Source: an uncultured Gammaproteobacteria bacterium
GTDB lineage: Bacteria; Patescibacteriota; Patescibacteriia; UBA10025; JAHIVO01
Assembly: GCA_964415025.1 (NCBI GenBank)
Contig: CAYPXF010000004.1
Span: forward strand, 9,138-73,137
Direction: 5' to 3'
DNA length: 64,000 nt
Shown here: in pieces, positions 8,828 to 17,288 of the stretch
Layout of the letters: the number at the start of each line of letters is the position of its first letter
How positions within the stretch are numbered: the stretch's first letter is position 1
Program-made: the position numbers and the translations under genes
The notes under the pieces: model-generated
Seen by the model: only the letters and a program-made list of their open reading frames with translations
Database searches by the model: none
Told to the model about the DNA's origin: nothing

Positions 8828-9970
8828 CTACTTAGCCAGACTCTGGTAAAGCTTCACTGTCTCACGGGCCGCCTTGTCCCAGTTAAATAATCGGGCTTGC
8901 TTCTTGCCGCGTGTCACCAACTTCTGCTGTAACGTTTTGCTGTCTAGCAGCTGCTGCATGGCCTTCACTATGTCAATCTCTTTGTCCGGATTTACAAGCA
9001 GCGCGGCATCGCCTGTCACTTCTGGTAGCGAAGATATGTTACTGGTAATAACCGGTGTGCCCAGGGCCATCGCTTCCACTACCGGTAAACCAAATCCTTC
9101 ATACCGTGACGGAAACACGAAGCACACTGCCTGCTTAATCAGCTCCATTTTCTGATTATGGGTGATATAGCCGGTGTATTTTACCTGACGAGACAGCTTC
9201 AGTGACTTGATTTTATCAAACACTAAATCGCTCTTATGCCCCTTGGCGCCAGCGATGACCAGCTGGTATTTCTTATACCGGGCTCCCTTGGCAATTAATT
9301 TTTTATACGCCGTGAGCAGCGCCAGTAAATTTTTCCGCGGCTCAAGTGTGCCGACGAAAAATAAGTACGGCCTAGTAATCTTAAATTTTTTCAGTTCATC
9401 AATTTTTTTATTCTTCACCGGAATCTTCTTAGCCTCGACGCCTTCATAAATAACTTGTATCTTCGCCGCTGCAACATTGAATAAGGCTTGCAGGTCGTGT
9501 TTGGTACTTTTTGACACGGCAATGATTTTATCTGCCTTGCGCAGGCTCTGGGGTACTAAAAGCTTGGTGCTAAATATCTGCGATGGAAACCAGGAGGGAT
9601 TTTTATATATGGCCAAATCATGGACGGTGATGACTGATTTTTTCGGATACGTCAGTGGCAATGATGAAATCGGCGAATGAAAAATATCCAGGCCTGATTT
9701 CACGATATAGGCAGAAATAAGCATGTGGGAGTAGGCAAACGGCAGAAATTTATTATACTGGGAAAACGGGAAGTTTTTTATCTGGACGTTTTTCTGCTCG
9801 AATTCTTTCATATCACGGAACCGCCAGTCAAAAAACAGGACATATTTATTCTTTGTATCTGTTTTCAAAATATGTCTGACCAGATAATAGGTATAGTGGC
9901 CGACGCCAGCGCGTTCGCCTGATTTTGGATTAAGAATTGTTCTGCAATCGATACCTATCTTCATGCTCAA
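8828..9970 (-). CDS. Glycosyltransferase family 4 (GT-B, GT1-like)
   Basis: The C-terminal retaining-GT signature EGFGLPVVEAMALGTPVITSN is present. The protein is 380 aa long. Confidence 0.85.
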   Translation of the reverse strand: MSMKIGIDCRTILNPKSGERAGVGHYTYYLVRHILKTDTKNKYVLFFDWRFRDMKEFEQKNVQIKNFPFSQYNKFLPFAYSHMLISAYIVKSGLDIFHSPISSLPLTYPKKSVITVHDLAIYKNPSWFPSQIFSTKLLVPQSLRKADKIIAVSKSTKHDLQALFNVAAAKIQVIYEGVEAKKIPVKNKKIDELKKFKITRPYLFFVGTLEPRKNLLALLTAYKKLIAKGARYKKYQLVIAGAKGHKSDLVFDKIKSLKLSRQVKYTGYITHNQKMELIKQAVCFVFPSRYEGFGLPVVEAMALGTPVITSNISSLPEVTGDAALLVNPDKEIDIVKAMQQLLDSKTLQQKLVTRGKKQARLFNWDKAARETVKLYQSLAK

Positions 9971-10094
9971 TATCTAATTAAGAATTTCTAATGTCTATCA
10001 AAATCCCAATAAACTAATGTCTAATTAAATAATTTATTCATTAATTATCAGGTATTGATTAGAAATTAGTTATTAAGGAATTAGAAATTTTTCA

Positions 10095-11744
10095 TTACAT
10101 CTGTTCCGGCGCCTTGACGCCTATAGTATGAAGTACGTTTTGTAGGACAATCTGCGCGGCCTGTATCAGTTTAAGTCGTCGCTGATTAACCTTGTCTCCC
10201 TCTATCACCTGACACTGGGTATAAAAGTCATGAAAGGCTGTGGCCAGTTCCAGTGCATAAAACGGGATCCGATGCACGTGGTACGTCTGCGCAATATCAG
10301 CAATATGTTCCGGCCATTGTAGTAGTTTTTTTATGAGCTTTACTTCGCTTGGATGAAGCTGTTGTCCACGCGGCCGTACTTGTTTTGCCCCGTGTAGTTG
10401 CTTGGCCTTTTTCAGTATACTACATATCCGGGCATGTGCATACTGGACATAGTAAACCGGGTTTTCTTTGCTTTGCTGCCGGGCCAAGTCCATGTCAAAA
10501 TCCATGTGCGTATGTGCATCATGCATCAGGAAAAAGAAACGGGCCGCATCAATACCCACTGCTTCGGTCAATTCATCGAGCGTGACAAAGGTACCAGCAC
10601 GCTTCGACATCTTCACCTCTTTTCCCCCGCTCATCAGCCGCACGAGCTGAACAATAATTATATCCAGTTTGCCTGACTGTCCGAATATATTCATGGCTGC
10701 CTGCATCCGCCCAACGTAGCCATGATGATCCGCCCCCCAGATATTGATAGCCTTATCATACGAGCGGCGCACCAACTTATCCCAATGATAGGCCAGGTCT
10801 GACAAAAAATACACTGGCTCTTGGTTAGACTTTATCAGTACACGATCCTTGCTATCGCCATAATGCGATGTCTTCAGCCAGATGGCGCCTTCTTTTTTAT
10901 ACAGCAGCCCTCTTTCTTTCAGTAACTGGAGTATGCGGTCAACTTCCCCGGATTCATATAATGATTTTTCTGAAAACCATTTGTCGTAGTGTGCTTGCGC
11001 CTGTTTTTCTAAATATTTTCTGATCTGACCGAGCATTTTTTCCAAAATGCGACCTTTAATCTTATCGCGAACTTGTTCTAATTTATCCGCGTTGTTGAGT
11101 TTATAGTTGGGCACGAATAATTTTTCCGCCAATTCCCGGACATACTCGCCCTGATAACAATACTCGGGGTATTCAATCCGAATTCCTTGCTGCTGCCAAT
11201 AACGACGCAAAACTGATTCAGCCAATATGTCGACCTGGTTACCCATGTCATTGACATAGTACTCACGATCAACAATATATCCGGCCAGGTTCATGACGCG
11301 CGCCAGTGTATCCCCCATAAACGCGCCGCGACCATTGCCCATGTGCAGCGGACCGGTGGGATTAGCTGACACAAACTCTATTAATACGCGCTGCCTCGCG
11401 CCAATATCAGAGCGGCCAAACCGTTCCTGCTGACGTATGATAACGCCGGTTTGGCGGGATAGCCAGCGCCAGTCTAGAAAAAAATTCAAATGTCCGGGCG
11501 GTACCACTTCGATCCGATCAATAGCCGGAATGCTGCCGAGCTTGGATTTGATCGCTTCAGCTATTGCCTGCGGTGACTGCTTGGCGATCGGCGCTAGCTG
11601 CATCGCCAGCGGACTGGAATAATCACCGAACTTATCCTCCGGCGGATAGCTGACCGCTGCCTGCAGCTGTTGTTCCGCTGCCACGGAATAGAGCTGATAT
11701 GCGGCTTCTCGTAGCTCTTGTGCTAATTCCTGTTTAATATTCAT
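10095..11744 (-). CDS. argS: Arginyl-tRNA synthetase
   Basis: The ArgRS HIGH-region variant (SANPTGPLHMGNGRG) and an ArgRS-like C-terminal DALR anticodon-binding domain are present. The protein is 549 aa long. Confidence 0.9.
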   Translation of the reverse strand: MNIKQELAQELREAAYQLYSVAAEQQLQAAVSYPPEDKFGDYSSPLAMQLAPIAKQSPQAIAEAIKSKLGSIPAIDRIEVVPPGHLNFFLDWRWLSRQTGVIIRQQERFGRSDIGARQRVLIEFVSANPTGPLHMGNGRGAFMGDTLARVMNLAGYIVDREYYVNDMGNQVDILAESVLRRYWQQQGIRIEYPEYCYQGEYVRELAEKLFVPNYKLNNADKLEQVRDKIKGRILEKMLGQIRKYLEKQAQAHYDKWFSEKSLYESGEVDRILQLLKERGLLYKKEGAIWLKTSHYGDSKDRVLIKSNQEPVYFLSDLAYHWDKLVRRSYDKAINIWGADHHGYVGRMQAAMNIFGQSGKLDIIIVQLVRLMSGGKEVKMSKRAGTFVTLDELTEAVGIDAARFFFLMHDAHTHMDFDMDLARQQSKENPVYYVQYAHARICSILKKAKQLHGAKQVRPRGQQLHPSEVKLIKKLLQWPEHIADIAQTYHVHRIPFYALELATAFHDFYTQCQVIEGDKVNQRRLKLIQAAQIVLQNVLHTIGVKAPEQM

Positions 11745-11843
11745 GATTGTAGTATACTGGAAAACATACCATAGGCAAAGTTGTCATCTGTTCATTTCTT
11801 TGTTACACTGGAATAATTTATGCACTTTAATAAAGGAGGAATT

Positions 11844-12308
11844 ATGTCTTCTGATTCGGTTACGCACCAACCGCCTCTGAATTTAATACAAGCCTATATT
11901 GCTTATGTTCTTCCTGATAGTGATGCTTTAATCGAACAAGAGGATAACGGGCAGTCCTACATGCTCAAGTGTGGAATCCTGACGATATGTTATGGCGATC
12001 AGGATGATGAATTGTTTCAAATCGTTATCGATAATGAGCTGGCTCATGAGCTGTTCAATATTATGCATTTCGGTTGTGACGAATGGTCAAACCCGGATAT
12101 TCAGTCAATTCTTATCCTCGAAAAAGACGACCACTATCAAGCAGCCTTTAAAATGAGTACCCAGCACAGCCCCAGCCTACTACCAACCCTGGCACACGGA
12201 CTGCGGATGTATGCCATCGCACATAAAACAGGTCGGCCCCTGCCACTATTTATTGATGAAAACATCATCCCGCTGTTTGAAGCAGATCCAGATGATGTGA
12301 TACACTAA
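11844..12308 (+). CDS. Hypothetical acidic cytoplasmic protein (154 aa), starting at MSSDSV
   Basis: An AAAGGAGG RBS sits 6 nt before the ATG at 11844. An intrinsic terminator follows the stop. No motif was recognised. Confidence 0.5.
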   Translation: MSSDSVTHQPPLNLIQAYIAYVLPDSDALIEQEDNGQSYMLKCGILTICYGDQDDELFQIVIDNELAHELFNIMHFGCDEWSNPDIQSILILEKDDHYQAAFKMSTQHSPSLLPTLAHGLRMYAIAHKTGRPLPLFIDENIIPLFEADPDDVIH

Positions 12309-12336
12309 CTCGTCCCTCGTGGACGAGTTTTATTAT
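12308..12336 (+). terminator. Rho-independent terminator (ACTCGTCC-loop-GGACGAGT followed by TTTTATTAT)
   Basis: A perfect 8-bp stem is followed by a T-run. Confidence 0.5.
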
Positions 12337-12363
12337 CCAACCTAATTACGATATACTATATAC

Positions 12364-12810
12364 ATGCCCAGAATAACTACAAATAAGCAAGCACTCCATA
12401 ATTACCAGGTCTTGGAAACATACGAAGCCGGCCTGGTCTTGAACGGTGCTGAGGTAAAATCAGTCAAAGCCGGACAAATCAATCTCAAGGGCAGCTATGT
12501 CAGTATTCGTGATGAACAGATGTGGCTGATTAATGCCCATATCAGCCCCTATCGCCCGGCCCGGCACAGAGAATACAATCCCACGCATGACCGCAAATTA
12601 CTATTACATAAAAAAGAGATCGCCAGCTTGATCGGTAAACTTAAACAAAAAGGGTTGACATTACTGCCGATTTCTGTTTATACTAAAGGGAGTCTGATAA
12701 AGGTCGAATTGGGTTTATGCCGCGGTAAAAAACAACATGATAAGCGAGAAACTATTAAAAAACGTGAATCTGACCGCCGGATCCGTAGATTATTGAGAAA
12801 CAAGGCATAG
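12364..12810 (+). CDS. smpB: SsrA-binding protein SmpB
   Basis: SmpB-like across its length (NKQALHNYQVLETYEAG..L.G.EVKS...G..NL..SY), with a basic C-terminal tail. The tmRNA gene is adjacent. Confidence 0.9.
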   Translation: MPRITTNKQALHNYQVLETYEAGLVLNGAEVKSVKAGQINLKGSYVSIRDEQMWLINAHISPYRPARHREYNPTHDRKLLLHKKEIASLIGKLKQKGLTLLPISVYTKGSLIKVELGLCRGKKQHDKRETIKKRESDRRIRRLLRNKA

Positions 12811-12851
12811 ACTGCCGCGCTTAATAGCAAACAGCGGGTTTGCTCTGAAGC

Positions 12852-13257
12852 GGGGGCGTTTATAATCGACAGACGCACTTTGATATAAGCCGCAAGCCGT
12901 CCGACGTTCGCTGACGACGTAAAACTCATGCCGGGCAAAATGACAAATGCCAAAACATTTGTAAGCAAAGTGAAAACCGCATTTGCTAACGCATTTGCGC
13001 CTTCCTTTGCGCCAGTAGTCGCCTAAAACCGGCTGCCATCGCTCTCCTGATGCTCGATAGGGAAATCGCGGTGTTATAATTCGAGTGTAGACGGCTGGTT
13101 TAGGCTTTTACAGACGTTGAATTTCTAATGAAGCCTGTTGTTATACGGATTTTGCTTATTTTTGACCGTATGGCAGAAATATTTAAATAAGCTACGCTTG
13201 TAGACGCTGGTATCATGTCGTATCTGGACAGGGGTGCAACTCCCCTCGCCTCCACCA
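12852..13257 (+). ncRNA. ssrA: tmRNA (ssrA), one-piece, CCA-encoded
   Basis: The 5' end GGGGGCG pairs with the 3' end CGCCUCC-ACCA to give a 7-bp acceptor stem with a G3:U wobble, the alanine identity element. The T-arm GGGG-UGCAACU-CCCC and the 3' end GGACAGGGGUGCAACUCCCCUCGCCUCCACCA closely resemble the E. coli tmRNA 3' end. The 5' proximal AAUCGACAGACGC resembles the conserved UUCGACGGG element. The gene lies right after smpB. A candidate tag ORF, ANAFAPSFAPVVA, ends at a TAA (12985-13026). Confidence 0.75.
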
Positions 13258-13258
13258 T

Positions 13259-13520
13259 TCGACTCGCCACATTCTGTGGCTCGCTCATGGTCTCTGACCA
13301 ACAACCCTATTCATAATGGTACTTCAAGTTTAATGCAGCGAGTCGAATAGTGGGCTGAATGAAGCTGAAGCCCATAGTAGCTCGACTCCTCGCTAATGCT
13401 CGTCGCTCGTGGTCTTCGACCAAGAATAGTCAAAAAAAATGAGTACTTTTTTAAACAAAGTCGAGTGGTGGGCTAAGCGAAGTCCCTGAGTATAACCGAA
13501 GGGACGAAGCCGAAGCGCAA
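13259..13520. repeat. Two tandem repeat units of about 123 nt (about 65% identical), each internally palindromic
   Basis: Unit A (13259-13381) and unit B (13382-13516) each start with TCGACTC...CTCGCTC(A/G)TGGTCT(CT/TC)GACCAA and end with AGTCGA.T.GTGGGCT...GAAGCC. Within each unit TCGACTCGC pairs with GCGAGTCGA. A mini-hairpin GGTC-nnn-GACC is conserved in both units while its loop varies. Confidence 0.5.
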
Positions 13521-13815
13521 AATAATTATGTTTTACTATCTCTACATCTTCGCAGTACAATGATGGTGAACTATACTCGGGCACATCAGATAATTTAAAA
13601 AACAGACTTACTAAACATAAACGTGGTAAATGACCTAATTTTACCAGAAAGAGATTACCATTGAAGCTTGTATATTACGAAACATTTACAACACTCGTAG
13701 CCGCCCGCCGACGTGAACGACAGATAAAAGGGTGGCGCAGGGAGAAAAAAATAAACCTTATTAAACACGGTCATCCGACCAAAAAGAAGAAGACCTAACC
13801 AACTAACACACCCCT

Positions 13816-14361
13816 ATACGAAAACGTAGACCACAACCACAAAAAAAGAAGATCAAACGACTGCGAGTCAATCAGCAGATCCGGGTACCAGAAGTGCGTT
13901 TGATCGACGACGAAGGCAATCAGCTCGGTGTTGTTGATATCCGCCGGGCCCAGTCCCTGGCCAATGAGCGGGAACTTGACTTGGTCGAGGTATCACCAGT
14001 TGCTGAACCGCCAGTCTGTCGTATCATGGACTACGGTTCATATCAGTACCAACAGGAGAAAAAGGAACGTAAGCAAAAAGCCAAGCAAAAAAAGATTGAA
14101 ATCAAAGGTGTCAGGCTTTCACTTAAAATCGGACCGCATGATCTAGAACTCCGTAAAAACCAGGCGCTGAAATTCCTGGAAAAGGGCAATAAAGTCAAGG
14201 TTGAGCTCATCCTGCGCGGCCGTGAAAAAGCGCATGCTGATCGGGCCAAGGAGCTCATGCGTGATTTTGCCAACACCCTCCAGGAAGAAACAGAGCTGCT
14301 TACCGAAAAAGACGTTTCCCGGCAGGGCGGCCGTCTGTTCATGATTGTGGCCAAACAATAG
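13816..14361 (+). CDS. infC: Translation initiation factor IF-3, probably starting on a non-AUG codon (ATA at 13816). The ORF track gives a GTG at 13894.
   Basis: The frame is open back to a TAA at 13804. Residues upstream of the GTG read IRKRRPQPQKKKIKRLRVNQQIRVPEVRLIDDEG, matching the conserved IF-3 N-terminus (INxEIRxxEVRLIDxxGEQLGV). The only in-frame candidate start is ATA. rpmI and rplT follow. Confidence 0.8.
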   Translation: MRKRRPQPQKKKIKRLRVNQQIRVPEVRLIDDEGNQLGVVDIRRAQSLANERELDLVEVSPVAEPPVCRIMDYGSYQYQQEKKERKQKAKQKKIEIKGVRLSLKIGPHDLELRKNQALKFLEKGNKVKVELILRGREKAHADRAKELMRDFANTLQEETELLTEKDVSRQGGRLFMIVAKQ

Positions 14362-14435
14362 CCACCAGCAGGCCATACTTGCATTACTCATGCTTTTTTT
14401 ATATACTGCTATCACTATATATTAATACAATTACC

Positions 14436-14636
14436 ATGCCGAAACTGAAGACACATAAGGCAACAGCCAAACGTTTCCGCTATACGGGTACGAAAAAGAT
14501 CAAGCGTCGTAAAACTGGCCAGGATCATTTCAATGCCCGGGAATCTGGCAAAAAAAAGCGCCGCAAGCGGCGTGATGTTACTGCTGCCGCCACCGAGAAT
14601 AAAATTATCAAGCAATTAACACCGTACAAGAAATAA
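14436..14636 (+). CDS. rpmI: 50S ribosomal protein L35
   Basis: MPKLKTHKATAKRFRYTGTKKIKRRKTG is the canonical L35 N-terminus. Confidence 0.85.
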   Translation: MPKLKTHKATAKRFRYTGTKKIKRRKTGQDHFNARESGKKKRRKRRDVTAAATENKIIKQLTPYKK

Positions 14637-14640
14637 CCAT

Positions 14641-14982
14641 ATGCGAGTCAAACGAGGTACTACCCACACCAAACGCCGCCGCAACCTGCTGAAAAAAACA
14701 AAAGGATATAGATGGGGACGCAAGAAAAAGGTAAAAGAAGCAACCACTGCCGCGCTCAAGGCAGGCGCTCATGCGTATCGCGACCGCCGCGTTAAGAAGC
14801 GGACCATGCGTCAGCTCTGGAACGTCAAGATCAATGCTGCAGTCAGACAGCATGATATGACTTATTCTCAATTCATAAATGCGCTCCGGAAAAAGAAGAT
14901 CGAGCTGGACCGCAAAGTATTGGCTGACCTGGCTGCCAACCACCCGAAAATTTTTGAGGCTATCATCAAAGAGGTAAAATAA
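14641..14982 (+). CDS. rplT: 50S ribosomal protein L20
   Basis: MRVKRGTTHTKRRRNLLKKTKGYRW is the canonical L20 N-terminus. The gene follows infC and rpmI. Confidence 0.9.
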   Translation: MRVKRGTTHTKRRRNLLKKTKGYRWGRKKKVKEATTAALKAGAHAYRDRRVKKRTMRQLWNVKINAAVRQHDMTYSQFINALRKKKIELDRKVLADLAANHPKIFEAIIKEVK

Positions 14983-15000
14983 TCATATTACAACAAAATA

Positions 15001-15030
15001 CCGCTAGTACTCCTAGTGGTATTTTTTATG
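15001..15030 (+). terminator. Bidirectional intrinsic terminator (ATACCGCTAG-loop-CTAGTGGTAT flanked by T/A runs)
   Basis: The hairpin is followed by TTTTTTAT on the plus strand and ends the infC-rpmI-rplT operon. On the minus strand it directly follows the tRNA-Asp CCA end. Confidence 0.45.
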
Positions 15031-15105
15031 GCGGAGCGGACGGGACTTGAACCCGCGACCTCTGCCGTGACAGGGCAGCGTTCTAGCCAACTGAACTACC
15101 GCTCC
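15029..15105 (-). tRNA. tRNA-Asp (anticodon GUC), CCA encoded
   Basis: Minus-strand sense: GGAGCGGTAGTTCAGTTGGCTAGAACGCTGCCCTGTCACGGCAGAGGTCGCGGGTTCAAGTCCCGTCCGCTCCGCCA. The cloverleaf has anticodon loop CTGTCAC. Confidence 0.85.
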
Positions 15106-15284
15106 ATACATATACTGGCAGCAGTATGAAAGCATAATAACAGAATAATATTCTCTTGTCTAGTGCTGCCTTCATGAGGATGCCTGATTCAGCAGCACGC
15201 AGCTTCTATGCATATTGGTGCTTTTTAAGCGCGTAAAAGGCGACCTTTTATGGGCCACTTTTTTATTTTTATACTTTGTAACTG

Positions 15285-17267
15285 TTATTGTATAACGCCG
15301 TCCGCCAATATGACCACATTGCTGCAGGCAACTTGGTCGGCCTGGTCTACCACGCAGACTGAATAATAGTGCGTCCCAGCCGACAGCATAGCTGCGGTCT
15401 TTCGTGTTCCAGCTGTTGAGCCGTCGTCCTCATATACTGTCGTATCCGCATTTGATAAGGCGGTCAAATAGCCATCAGTGGGATATTCAGGCGTGCTGTC
15501 CTCATCAGACCAGACAACTTTATAATATTTGAAGTCATTTTCTGTAGAAACGTTCCAGCTCAAGCTGATTGCCCCGTCAGTATAGCTCGCTGACAGTGTA
15601 ACAGCATCAGGCTCGGTATTGCTATTAATAGCTGTTGCCTGCACTACATTACTGCAGTACACCTCATCACCAACAGCACATACACGATAATAATAGCTGG
15701 TGCCTTTGACTGAAGAATAATCTCGATACGAGTTAATACTGGCGTCCTTAGCGGCCAGATAGCCGTCATCGGGGTACGTGAGGTTGGCATTTGTTTTTGA
15801 CCGGACGACTTTATAGTATTTAAACCCCAGCACATCCGAAGCGTCAGTCCACCAGATTCCCACGCCACTGTCCTCTGCCTTGGCTGAAATAACCGGTCCG
15901 GTATCTTGTGGCGCTTTTTCCTGGGCAGTATCAGCGTTTTGCTCTTTATTTTGCTCCTGATGCTGTATTTCACCCTGATTGGCTTCCTGATTTTGCTCTG
16001 TATGTTCTGCCTGATTCTTTTTGCCGAGCATATGCACTACATTGGAACAAAACACCTTATCACCGGACATTACTTCACAGACGCGGTAATAGTATGCTTT
16101 ATCAGCACTGACATCAGTATCGACATAGCTTTCTTCATCAGCATTTTTGAGGACAATATAGCCGTCATCAGGATAATCGAGGTTGGCGTTTGTTTCCGAA
16201 CGGACGACTTTATAGTACTGGAATGTCTCGTTTACCGATGCGTTCCAGGACAAATGCACGCCGTCTGACTGTGTGTCAGCTGTTAGCTGTATGGGGGTAG
16301 CTGACGCTCTGGCCTGATACTGCACTTTTATCTCTTTCAGCGACCTATGGCCATCAGTATCAGTAGCGATAATAGTAATTATGTTTTTACCTGCAGACAG
16401 CATTATAGCTGCTGAAAATGCCCCGCTGTCGTTCACCATCACCGTTTCACCATTGACCGTTACCACAGCAGCCGGATCAGCCACACTCCCCATCACGTTG
16501 ATCGGTGACGCGTCACTCTTATATCCATTTACCGGGCTAGAAATAGTGACGGCCGGACCAGCGTATTCAGATAATACCCCGAGCTTATCAGTTTTTTTAG
16601 AATCTTCCTCTTTGTTCCAGGTATACCATTCGTTTTCAAGTTTAGTCGTATCCATATCCTCAACAGCCACCGCCTGTTCCTGCTTTCGGATGCGGGCGGT
16701 TTTGCCCTCTTGTACCTCATTCTGTACTGCAGTGGTATTAATTTTTACCTTACTTTCGACAACATTGACATTAACTGTTGCGTCTTCCTCGACAACATCA
16801 AACGCGGTGCCCAGCGCGGTCACCGTGATATCGTCTACTACCACCTTGTAGCTGCGCTGTACGTCCTTGGCGACCCTGTTATAGCTCGCGCCAGATACCT
16901 GGGCAATGACAATCTGACCGGTTTGTAATGTGGTTAACGCTGCTTCTGTATTATACCCGAGACGCACTACGTCGCCATTTTCTAATTCGATGATTGCTTT
17001 ACTATCTGCTCCAGTGCGGACACTATCTCCCTGATGCAGCACTGTATCGGTTTCCACGGTCTGCCAATCAGCCCCGTCTTTTCGCGCCTCTACCGCGCCC
17101 TGCTGGTACGACAATGTGGCCACAATATCGCTCTTGGCCATCGGTTCAACATACGTTTTTGGGGTAATGTCTTCCTGGTTTTGGTAATACCACCAGGCAC
17201 CGCCGCCAATCACCGTAGACACTACAACCAAAATAAGGACTAATAATGATACTTGCTTGTTTTTCAT
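15285..17267 (-). CDS. Membrane-anchored surface protein with an N-terminal TM, a FecR-like beta domain, an Ig-like domain and three FN3-like repeats
   Basis: The N-terminal TM is LLVLILVVVSTVIGG. A block (YYKVV.S......YP.DGY.......YVD......YYYRVC.V....V.CSNVV) repeats three times. Confidence 0.55.
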   Translation of the reverse strand: MKNKQVSLLVLILVVVSTVIGGGAWWYYQNQEDITPKTYVEPMAKSDIVATLSYQQGAVEARKDGADWQTVETDTVLHQGDSVRTGADSKAIIELENGDVVRLGYNTEAALTTLQTGQIVIAQVSGASYNRVAKDVQRSYKVVVDDITVTALGTAFDVVEEDATVNVNVVESKVKINTTAVQNEVQEGKTARIRKQEQAVAVEDMDTTKLENEWYTWNKEEDSKKTDKLGVLSEYAGPAVTISSPVNGYKSDASPINVMGSVADPAAVVTVNGETVMVNDSGAFSAAIMLSAGKNIITIIATDTDGHRSLKEIKVQYQARASATPIQLTADTQSDGVHLSWNASVNETFQYYKVVRSETNANLDYPDDGYIVLKNADEESYVDTDVSADKAYYYRVCEVMSGDKVFCSNVVHMLGKKNQAEHTEQNQEANQGEIQHQEQNKEQNADTAQEKAPQDTGPVISAKAEDSGVGIWWTDASDVLGFKYYKVVRSKTNANLTYPDDGYLAAKDASINSYRDYSSVKGTSYYYRVCAVGDEVYCSNVVQATAINSNTEPDAVTLSASYTDGAISLSWNVSTENDFKYYKVVWSDEDSTPEYPTDGYLTALSNADTTVYEDDGSTAGTRKTAAMLSAGTHYYSVCVVDQADQVACSNVVILADGVIQ

Positions 17268-17288
17268 ACTATAAAAATATATTATTAA

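Noticed and set aside
13259-13520. Hammerhead-type ribozyme in the tandem repeats (CTGAATGA / CCTGAGTA strings)
   Set aside because: The CUGANGA box is not satisfied in either unit, and no GAAA plus stem III arrangement is present.
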